Assembly (NCBI GenBank): GCA_039815185.1
Contig: JBCBZT010000086.1
Location: 1-22,315, forward strand
Source of the DNA: Cyanobacteria bacterium P01_A01_bin.123
GTDB lineage: Bacteria > Cyanobacteriota > Cyanobacteriia > Phormidesmidales > Phormidesmidaceae
Direction: 5' to 3'
Length of the DNA: 22,315 bases
Shown here in pieces: positions 15,014 through 22,315 of the stretch (the first letter of the stretch is position 1; each line of letters opens with the position of its first letter). The notes under the pieces are model-generated. The model was not told where the DNA came from, made no database searches, and was given only the letters and a program-made list of their open reading frames with translations. A program made the position numbers and the translations under genes.

Positions 15014-17311
15014 CTAGGACTGGCTCGTGCTACAGTTCACAAGTCTCTGTGCGAGAGAAGAGAACCAATCCCAACCCCAAACCCCCAACATCGGTAATTC
15101 TCCTGTGGGAGAATGATGGAGATCCGCTTTTAGGTCTGAGGAGCCCACAAAATCCTCTCCATTTTTCCAGCCGACGCGATCGCAGAATTCTCCCCAGATC
15201 TTATCAAATGGGTACTTTAGGTACTCGCCATCGAGGGTAGCACCACAATCGACATAAATTTGCTTTTGTACGCTGAAGCCAAACTTGCCCTTGCTGTACT
15301 TTACCCAAAGTCCATCGATCGCTTTCAGGTCTTCGCAGGGAAAGTTCAACAGGTCGTCTGGATCAAACCACTGCCCCTCTTCTTTGCCCACAGTGGTAAT
15401 CATCAGCCGATAGGTCTCTTGGTCGGCTTCCTTCCATTGCTGGGCCTTGAGTAGGTCTTTTAAGGTTTGATACTTTGAGTCTTGGGTAACAGCACTCAAT
15501 CTTTGCAACGTGGCTTTCAGCTCATCGCTCAGTTTTTCAGGCCGAGGATATTCTTTCAGGCAAGCATCAGCCAAATCCGCTGCTTCACTGCCCTGTTTGC
15601 AGGCTTCAAGAATTACATGGTTCAGTAACCTAGGCGTGAGCTGGGCCGTGTAAAGCAACGCGGTTTCGCGCCAGATGGCACCAGTCCAGTTTTGCAACAC
15701 AAGCTGGATGCTATTCTGCCTGCTCGCTTTGTCTTCAGGTTTTGCCAATAGCGTTGCTGTAAAAAAGCCTTGAAAACTTGCATGGGGAAACTCATATTCA
15801 CCCGGTTCTCGTTCAACTAATAGTTCGCTGACTTCGACAATTTGCTTGAGCCAGTCTTCTGGGGCAACTTCTTCGTCCTGTAAACGTGACTGTTTTTGTA
15901 AGAAGTTCAGCAATCCTGAGCTAGACACGGTCAGTCGATTGGCCTTGACCATGCCAAAGGCTATCAATTGCAGCAGGGCCATGTTTTTCTCAAAGGGCAG
16001 CAGCATCTGAATCAGTCGTGCCCTAGGGCGATCGTCAAGCTGGAGCTTGCAGATGCCCTGATACAGCCCAAGGCGTTGGCGAGGCAGTTTGGCAGCGGGA
16101 TCGTAGCGGTGAAAGGTGACCAGCATGTTGAGCAGCAATGGATTCTCGGCCATGTAGCCCAGTTCACCTCGCCGCTGTTTTAGTTGGCTGATCAGGCTGT
16201 CTGAACGTTCCTGAGCCACTTCTTGAGCACGTTGCCGCTGTTTTTCGCTACGGCAACACCGTTCCTGACACAAATACCATCGCCTAATAAAATCCTCTTG
16301 CTGGGCTGGGGTGAACTTATTGATGTAGATAGGGATGGCAGGTTTTTGGGCGGTGTAGTCTTTGTAGCCTGCCGGACGCGAGGTAAGGATGAATACTGAC
16401 TGGGCATATTCCTTCATCTGGGCACTCAGCCATTTACTTACATCGGAGCGTTTATCGGTAGGCAATTCATCAAACCCATCGAACATTACTAGAGCTTTAC
16501 CTTGTTGCAACAAAGTTTCTGCCCAGGCTGGAGGTGGAGTGAGGGGATGATTTTTGGAGAGGCTGGGGATATAACACTCAGCGATCAGCTGAGGCAAGCT
16601 GGGCGGTTTGGCCTGAGTGAGTTCGTCTGTCCAGTCGCGCAGGCGCAATAACACGGGCAAAAGCGTGGGCGCATGATAGGGGCGCTGCCGCTGTTTGCGT
16701 TGGCCATAGATTAAGGTAATGTGTCGCAGCAAAGTGGTTTTGCCCATACCTCCCTTGGCCAAAATCACCATTTGCCGGAATTTGCGATCTTTGCGTGATC
16801 TAGCCAGTAGCTTCCAAATGTCTAAGTTTTCAGACATCAGGCTGGGGTCGCGCGGATTGCGCATATCTGCCAGTGCACCACTGCTCAACGCACCGCTCAA
16901 ATCCAGTGGGACAAATACCTCTTCTAGTAGAGGAATAGCAGTATGGTCAGGGTTGAAGCCTTCGACAGTGAATTCTTCGCATAGGCGGGCTTGCTGTTGA
17001 AGGTATAGCCCGGTCGTGTCTGAGCGCAAAGCTGACCAACTATTGAGGAGCGATCGCTCGGTGGTGTTAATCCCTGCTGTGAGTAGCTTCTCTAACTTGG
17101 GTACAAGGATTTTGCCTGCTTTGATACCTATCCAAACGCCAGCAGCCCCAGCAAAGCACCAGAGCGCTTGTTGCCAGTCCCCTACTCTTACCGCGTTTAC
17201 TCCCACAGCACTGATGGCTCCAGGCAACCCAAGCAAAACCAGCCTTTGATCAAGTAGCTCAAAGACTTTCTCAACTGTCGTGGGTGTATGAGTTGGCGGT
17301 TCTTCAGCCAT
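15014..17311 (-). CDS. NACHT NTPase with N-terminal membrane hairpin and C-terminal GUN4 domain
   Basis: Walker A AKGGMGKTT, Walker B LVMFDGFDE, ILTSRP, NPLLL. GUN4 motifs LLKAQQWKEADQET, FPCEDLKAIDGLW, GKFGFSVQKQIY, FCDRVGW, GELP. Start set at MAEEPP (17311). Confidence 0.92.
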   Translation of the reverse strand: MAEEPPTHTPTTVEKVFELLDQRLVLLGLPGAISAVGVNAVRVGDWQQALWCFAGAAGVWIGIKAGKILVPKLEKLLTAGINTTERSLLNSWSALRSDTTGLYLQQQARLCEEFTVEGFNPDHTAIPLLEEVFVPLDLSGALSSGALADMRNPRDPSLMSENLDIWKLLARSRKDRKFRQMVILAKGGMGKTTLLRHITLIYGQRKQRQRPYHAPTLLPVLLRLRDWTDELTQAKPPSLPQLIAECYIPSLSKNHPLTPPPAWAETLLQQGKALVMFDGFDELPTDKRSDVSKWLSAQMKEYAQSVFILTSRPAGYKDYTAQKPAIPIYINKFTPAQQEDFIRRWYLCQERCCRSEKQRQRAQEVAQERSDSLISQLKQRRGELGYMAENPLLLNMLVTFHRYDPAAKLPRQRLGLYQGICKLQLDDRPRARLIQMLLPFEKNMALLQLIAFGMVKANRLTVSSSGLLNFLQKQSRLQDEEVAPEDWLKQIVEVSELLVEREPGEYEFPHASFQGFFTATLLAKPEDKASRQNSIQLVLQNWTGAIWRETALLYTAQLTPRLLNHVILEACKQGSEAADLADACLKEYPRPEKLSDELKATLQRLSAVTQDSKYQTLKDLLKAQQWKEADQETYRLMITTVGKEEGQWFDPDDLLNFPCEDLKAIDGLWVKYSKGKFGFSVQKQIYVDCGATLDGEYLKYPFDKIWGEFCDRVGWKNGEDFVGSSDLKADLHHSPTGELPMLGVWGWDWFSSLAQRLVNCSTSQS

Positions 17312-17420
17312 AGCAACTAATCCGCAGGTTGAGGTGTTTAATCTTACTCTCTCAGTTTTATCCCAAAGAAGAATGAACTGTTCTGATCTAAGGGATTGAG
17401 CTTCAGGCACTTCATAACCC

Positions 17421-17546
17421 CTACTCCCCCACAAAGAACTGCCGATCCCCTCCCTTCCCCTGAAACCGCTGATCCAAGTACCCCAACATCTCCCGTGGCA
17501 GCTTCTTGGTGACATGAGCACTCGGCTCCTCAACCCAGCACTCGCC
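17421..17546 (-). pseudogene. C-terminal 41-codon fragment of a second phage antirepressor
   Basis: Translates as GECWVEEPSAHVTKKLPREMLGYLDQRFQGKGGDRQFFVGE*, 26/41 identical and ungapped against the end of the 766-1557 protein. In-frame TGA just upstream; no start codon at its 5' end. Confidence 0.9.
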
Positions 17547-17605
17547 AACTCAGCCTTGCTATGCCATAAAGGGATAAAATCCCTACCCCATTCCCATGGC
17601 AGATC
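17541..17605 (+). promoter_or_regulatory. Shared leader module, copy 1
   Basis: ctcgccaac.tca.cc.tg..tatgccataa.ggga.a.aa.ccc.acc...tcccATGGCAGATC, similar to 19822-19889. Confidence 0.7.
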
Positions 17606-19764
17606 TGCTGTTGACTGCGCTGCTAGCCCAAGCTAACTCAAATACCCCACCACCAGATCCCACTAAGACAGAGCAAATCCTCGAATTCCTTAACCAAAAC
17701 CCACTTATAGGTTGGGGGATTGCTGGGTTTGCTGTAATTGCTATGGCTACCGCTGCAGTTGCTGCTTGGACAGGCAATCTGGGCAAGATTATCGAGTTCA
17801 TCCGCAACTACCTTGTCCCTACGAAAGCAGAGATCACCGATGAAGTACGCCAAAAGCTGCGGCGACAGCTCATTGAGGTTGTCCTTGAGCAGGTAGTGAT
17901 CCGGTTAGATAGCTCTCTGCATTACAAGGTACGGATGGACTTGAAGCGGGAAGAACAACGTCAACGGGTGGGACGGCGTGATTTACCCCCTGAACAAGAG
18001 GACTCACCACCAGATGACTTAACACCTGCTCGTATCTTCGATCCCTTCAATCCATCTACACCACCAGAACCTATTAAGCCTGATAAATCGACTTTAGAAC
18101 TCTTTGAACGCGAGGATATCCAAGGACGCTTACTGATTTTGGGTGAACCTGGCTCTGGCAAAACCAATGAGTTGCTAGTACTTGCTAAGGGACTCCTACA
18201 CAAAGCCCAACAAGACCCAGACTTCCCTATTCCTATTATCTTTGAGCTGTCAGAGTGGACAAATGAGATTGCCTTTGACAAATGGTTGAGTGCTCAGCTT
18301 TTGGAGAAATACACCGTTCCCAAAGAGGTCTCCCAGCATTGGATTCAGCAGAATCAACTACTGCCGTTGCTCGATGGCTTGGATGAGCTGAGACGGGTGG
18401 ATGGGGCTGATGCATCGACACCCGAGGAAATTAAAGCGCGTCGAAGGGCTAAGCAGATCAAGTGCATTCGGGCCATCAATGCGTTTCTCGATATGCACTT
18501 GATGCCATTAGTGGTGTGTTGTCGGCGCAAGGAATATGAAGCCCTAGAAGCCGAGGATGAATTTTTGAAGCGCTTGAATGGGGCTATCTACCTACAAGCG
18601 TTAGACGATAGCCAGATTGAGACTTACTTTCAGCAGTTGAACCGTACCCCCCAGTGGGGAGCGCTTAAAAGTCAGCCTGAGCTGTTGGAGTTAGTCCGCT
18701 CTCCACTATTCCTGCTCATGTTGGTGGTGGCTAATCCTAGTCAACCGATTACAACTGTAGAAGCGTTGCTAAATACCTATATCAACAAGCAGCTCCTTGA
18801 TTTGAACAATCAAGGGGCTTATCCTCCAGGGCAGGCTCCTAGCCCAGAGCAAACGCGACACTATCTGGCTTGGCTGGCGGGGAAATTGGAGGCTGTAGGT
18901 ACAACGGAGTTTTTGATTGAGTGGTTGCAGCCATCTTGGTTGGATAGACAACGCGATCGGATTTTCTATCGCTGGATGGTCGTGCTGAGTGTTGGGCTGC
19001 TTGGCGGGCTGAGTGTCGGGCTGATTTTCGGGCTGCTTGTCGGGCTGCTTGTCGGGTTGCTTTTCGAGCTGCTTTTCGGGCTGCTTTTCGGGCTGAGTAG
19101 CGGGCTGCTTATGGGGCTGATTGACGGGCTGAGTGATATCAAACTATCAGAAGCCTTGAATTTATCATGGCGAAAGTTTTTGCGTTTTGGGCTGCTTGTC
19201 GGGTTGCTTTTCGGGCTGCTTGTCGGGCTGCTTTTCGGGCTGAGTAGCGGGCTGAGTAGCGGGCTGCTTTTCGGGCTGCTTTTCGGGCTGAGTAGCGGGC
19301 TGAGTAGCGGGCTGCTTATGGGGCTGATTTTCGGGCTGCTTATGGGGCTGAGTGGTATTGAGGTTGATTTGGGTAGCAAGAAATATCCAAATCAAGGAAT
19401 TAAACAATCAACGAAGAATGGGCTGCTTGTCGGGCTGCTTGGCGGGCTGCTTGGCGGGCTGCTTATCGGGCTGAGTGTCGGGCTGAGTGTCGGGCTGAGT
19501 GTCGGGCTGCTTATCGGGCTGAGTCTCGGGCTGAGTCTCGGGCTGCTTGTCGGGCTGCTTTTCGGGCTAGATGCTGCGCTTCAACACTTAATCCTACGCC
19601 TAGTACTCTATTATCGGTCAGGTGTTAGCCCATGGAACTATGCAAAGTTCCTCGAACATGCCGAAAAGCATCGCTTCATCCAGCGTGTTGGGGGACGCTA
19701 TCGCTTCATGCATGATCTGCTACGAAAGCACTTCGCTAGTCTGGAGACGCCATCTGCTGGATAG
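17596..19764 (+). CDS. NACHT NTPase with an N-terminal TM helix and C-terminal Gly/Leu-rich membrane repeats
   Basis: Walker A GEPGSGKT, Walker B LPLLDGLDE, SPLFL, FLIEWLQPSWL, (GLxx)n blocks and C-terminal PWNYAKFL...QRVGGRYRFMHDLLRKHFA. Confidence 0.92.
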   Translation: MADLLLTALLAQANSNTPPPDPTKTEQILEFLNQNPLIGWGIAGFAVIAMATAAVAAWTGNLGKIIEFIRNYLVPTKAEITDEVRQKLRRQLIEVVLEQVVIRLDSSLHYKVRMDLKREEQRQRVGRRDLPPEQEDSPPDDLTPARIFDPFNPSTPPEPIKPDKSTLELFEREDIQGRLLILGEPGSGKTNELLVLAKGLLHKAQQDPDFPIPIIFELSEWTNEIAFDKWLSAQLLEKYTVPKEVSQHWIQQNQLLPLLDGLDELRRVDGADASTPEEIKARRRAKQIKCIRAINAFLDMHLMPLVVCCRRKEYEALEAEDEFLKRLNGAIYLQALDDSQIETYFQQLNRTPQWGALKSQPELLELVRSPLFLLMLVVANPSQPITTVEALLNTYINKQLLDLNNQGAYPPGQAPSPEQTRHYLAWLAGKLEAVGTTEFLIEWLQPSWLDRQRDRIFYRWMVVLSVGLLGGLSVGLIFGLLVGLLVGLLFELLFGLLFGLSSGLLMGLIDGLSDIKLSEALNLSWRKFLRFGLLVGLLFGLLVGLLFGLSSGLSSGLLFGLLFGLSSGLSSGLLMGLIFGLLMGLSGIEVDLGSKKYPNQGIKQSTKNGLLVGLLGGLLGGLLIGLSVGLSVGLSVGLLIGLSLGLSLGLLVGLLFGLDAALQHLILRLVLYYRSGVSPWNYAKFLEHAEKHRFIQRVGGRYRFMHDLLRKHFASLETPSAG
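18982..19568 (+). repeat. Three blocks of 12-bp tandem repeats, GGGCTG(CTT/AGT/ATT)NNN, encoding GLxx
   Basis: Blocks at about 18982-19135, 19189-19352 and 19420-19568. Confidence 0.92.
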
Positions 19765-19821
19765 ACGCCATCCCTCCCCAAGCAAACTCCTCAGCAAATA
19801 ACCCCAAAACTCCACTCCACC

Positions 19822-19889
19822 CTCGCCAACCTCACCCTGCGTATGCCATAACGGGACAGAACCCCACCATTCACCTCCCATGGCAGATC
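19822..19889 (+). promoter_or_regulatory. Shared leader module, copy 2
   Basis: ctcgccaacctcaccctgcgtatgccataacgggacagaaccccaccattcacctcccATGGCAGATC. Confidence 0.7.
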
Positions 19890-20338
19890 CGGTTACCCTC
19901 ACCGTTGGCAGTATTGCAGCCCTCGCCTTCATCAAGTTCATCGAAACCAGCGCAGGTGAAAGCGCCAAAAAACTCACGCCCGCTGTCCTTAGCAAAATCG
20001 ATACCCTGCGCCAGAAGATCTGGGCCAAGTTAAAGGGCATTCCTGAAGTCGATGAACTCAATGCCACGGCTGAACAAGGCGGCAAAATCACCGAGGAAAA
20101 AATCAAGCTGCTGACGCCTCGTTTGGAAGCAGCAATGAAAACTGACGATGCTTTTGCTCAGGAAGTCAGAGCACTGGCGAGTGAGATCGATCAGGAAATC
20201 AATATCGGTGAGATCCTGGGTCGCAACATTCAGAACATCTATGGGGGGTCTCCGGTTCAAATTAATGACCCCAATGCGCCTGTGTTTACGGGAGATATCA
20301 GCGGCGGCACATTTAACTTTACGACCAACAACTATTAG
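19880..20338 (+). CDS. Bell-like (helical, membrane-targeting) effector domain with a C-terminal N/G/Q-rich amyloid-like motif; in frame with the downstream NB-ARC-TPR region
   Basis: MADPVTL...hydrophobic helix...AGESAKKL...LRQKIWAKL...LEAAMKTDDAFAQEVRALA, then NIQNIYGGSPVQINDPNAPVFTGDISGGTFNFTTNNY. The Bell assignment is by pattern only. Confidence 0.7.
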   Translation: MADPVTLTVGSIAALAFIKFIETSAGESAKKLTPAVLSKIDTLRQKIWAKLKGIPEVDELNATAEQGGKITEEKIKLLTPRLEAAMKTDDAFAQEVRALASEIDQEINIGEILGRNIQNIYGGSPVQINDPNAPVFTGDISGGTFNFTTNNY

Positions 20339-22315
20339 CTCCAGCCGTCCGACTCGGCACGGACAAAGCTAACGCCGCCCAACAACATCCCCCGCAAAGG
20401 TACTCAGCACTTCGTCGGTCGTGACGAGGACTTGCAACACCTCCACACGCAATTGCAGCAGTCTCAGCAGGTGGCGATTACGGCCATTGCAGGCATGGGC
20501 GGTATTGGTAAGACAGAACTTGCTCTGCAATATGCCCGTAGTCATTGGCAGCAACATTACCCCGGTGGCGTGTGTTGGCTAGAGGCACGGGATCAAGATA
20601 TTGCGACTGGGATCCTGGGCTTTGCTCAGGCATGGTTAGAGTTAATCCCATCTGATGAACTGCCTGTGAAGGAACGAATTGCCTACTGCTGGCGCAACTG
20701 GCCTGACTTTGGCGATTCTCCCGCAGCAGCCTTGGTGGTCATTGATGATGTAAGCGACTACAAAGCCATTGAAGACTATCTGCCTACCCAAGCGCGCTTC
20801 ACTCTGCTGTTGACTACACGAGCACAAAGACTAGCAGCAACCGTTAAGCCCTTTGCCATTGAGGTATTGAGTGAAGAAGCAGCCTTGGAGCTGTTGACGC
20901 AGCTTACAGAAGACCCTGAGCGCATTGATGCAGAGTTGGAGCAGGCCAAGGCGCTTTGTCAGTGGCTGGGGTATCTTCCCTTGGCTCTGGAGTTAGCGGG
21001 GCACTACCTAGCTCGCAAGCCTACCCTCTCCCTGGTGGACTTTCAAGTGCGCTTAAAGGCTCAGGAACTGGCTGCTCGTGCCCTGGCTAAAGCTGAGTCG
21101 GGGATGACCAATGCTCAGGGGGTTGCTAGTGCCTTTGAGTTGAGCTGGCAAGACCTGAGTGAAGATGCTCAGACGCTAGCCTGCGTTCTCAGTTTGTTTG
21201 CCCTTGCCCCGATTCCCTGGTCTAGGGTTGAAGCGTGCTTGCCCAATGTTGACTCAGAAGACCTAGAAGACCGCAGAGATTATCAGCTCTGCGGGTTTAG
21301 TTTGCTTCAGCATGTGGAAGAGGAACGCTATCAATTGCATCCCTTGATTCACCGTTTCATCCGCACCAAGCTGGCTGACGATTCACCGTTGATTTCAGCC
21401 TACTGTGGGGTGATGGTCAAAGCTGCCCAAGAAATGGATGAAACCCCGACCCTAGCTCAGGTTGCAGCATGGCGTGAGATGGTACCTCATGTGGCAGAGG
21501 CAGCGATTCAGTGGGTATCCAGGGTTAGCAATGAGGATCTGACATGGCCCTTTACCGGGTTGGGACGGTTCTACCAGGGTCAAGGGGTCTATGCCCAAGC
21601 CGAAGTCTGGCGGGAGTGCTGTGTCACGGTCACTCAAGCGCGTCTAGGGCATGAGCATCCCGATGTGGCCAAGAGTCTGAACAATTTGGCCCTTTTATAC
21701 TCGGAACAAGGCCGCTATGGAGACGCCGAACCCCTGTTCTTGCAAGCCATCGACCTCGGTAAAGCCAGCCTGGGCGATGACCATCCCGATGTGGCCACGA
21801 GGCTGAACAATTTGGCCGGTTTATACCAGTATCAAGGCCGCTACGCGGAGGCCGAACCCCTGTTCTTGCAAGCCATCGACCTCGGTAAAGCCAGCCTGGG
21901 CGATGACCATCCCTATGTGGCCACGAGTCTGAACAATTTGGCCACTTTATACCGGGCCCAAGGCCGCTATGGAGACGCTGAACCCCTATTCTTGCAAGCC
22001 TTAGAGATGACTAAAACCAGCCTGGGTGAAGCCCATCCCGATGTGGCCACGAGGCTGAACAATTTGGCCACTTTATACCAGGCCCAAGGCCGCTATGGAG
22101 AGGCCGAACCCCTGTTCTTGCAAGCCATCGACCTCGGTAAAGCCAGCCTGGGTGAAGCCCATCCCGATGTGGCCCTGAGTCTGAACAATTTGGCCAGTTT
22201 ATACCGGGCCCAAGGACGCTATGAAGAAGCCGAACCCCTGTTCTTGCAAGCCATCGACCTCGGTAAAGCCAGCCTGGGCGATGACCATCCCGATGTGGCC
22301 ACGAGTCTGAACAAT
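20339..22315 (+). CDS. NB-ARC (STAND) NTPase with TPR array; not in the ORF track; open to the window end; either a readthrough product or a nonsense-split pseudogene
   Basis: Manual translation of frame +2 shows no stop: PNNIPRKGTQHFVGRDEDL, GMGGIGKTELALQYA (Walker A), LVVIDDV (Walker B), LLTTR, LGYLPLALELAG, FELSW, YQLHPLI, then TPRs. Confidence 0.9.
21656..22315 (+). repeat. 126-bp tandem repeat array (TPR units), more than 5 copies, running off the window
   Basis: catccc(g/t)atgtggcc starts at 21656, 21782, 21908, 22034, 22160 and 22286. Confidence 0.95.

Noticed and set aside
15014..15480. Calling the gene gun4 (Mg-chelatase cofactor)
   Set aside because: The GUN4 domain is fused to a NACHT NTPase, which indicates a paralogous domain use and not the chlorophyll-pathway gene.
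7902..17311. Diversity-generating retroelement targeting the tail fibre or GUN4 domain
   Set aside because: No reverse transcriptase and no TR/VR pair differing at adenines was found in the window.
17312..17548. 79-aa N-terminal extension of the 844-aa NACHT-GUN4 ORF in the track
   Set aside because: It runs through the antirepressor remnant in a different frame and through intergenic DNA; the ATG at 17311 is the more plausible start.
18966..19407. Minus-strand SSPK- and KQP-repeat ORFs (137 and 80 aa)
   Set aside because: They are antisense shadows of the 12-bp GLxx repeats.
1207..21637. Numerous 60-130 aa ORFs overlapping larger genes (e.g. 1207-1527, 2493-2726, 7435-7719, 14428-14724, 17961-18281, 19720-20106, 21452-21637)
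   Set aside because: They lie within or opposite well-supported genes and show no recognisable motifs.
21656..22315. 126-bp and 12-bp arrays as CRISPR arrays
   Set aside because: They are contiguous in-frame coding repeats with no unique spacers, and no cas genes are present.
1..22315. Global TAG recoding to explain the in-frame TAGs at 7111 and 20336
   Set aside because: Many genes end properly in TAG (627, 4561, 11233, 13379, 15014, 19764), and no long gene is peppered with TAG.

Overview
Cyanobacterial DNA (dense HIP1 octamer GCGATCGC, GUN4 and DUF6464-like domains) made of two parts. (i) A roughly 13.5-kb prophage remnant (about 742-14250) holds an antirepressor, an HTH repressor with a divergent promoter/operator switch, small early genes, an HNH endonuclease and a leftward late operon (HAD phosphatase, M15 endolysin, tail fibre, neck and head-morphogenesis genes). 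No integrase, terminase, portal or capsid gene was recognised. (ii) A cluster of NLR-like STAND NTPase genes: NACHT-GUN4, NACHT with membrane repeats, and Bell-like/NB-ARC/TPR, plus the TPR tail of another such gene at the left edge, next to a 5'-truncated RAYT-type HUH transposase. Most notable observations: a Bell-like effector ending in an amyloid-like motif is separated from an NB-ARC-TPR receptor frame (absent from the ORF track) by a single in-frame TAG; a diverged second antirepressor C-terminus lies among the NLR genes; two NLR genes share a duplicated leader; a phage gene is inserted with a 22-bp duplication that preserves translational coupling; and near-identical TPR arrays lie in direct orientation at both window ends. 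Family assignments come from motif recognition by eye, not database searches.
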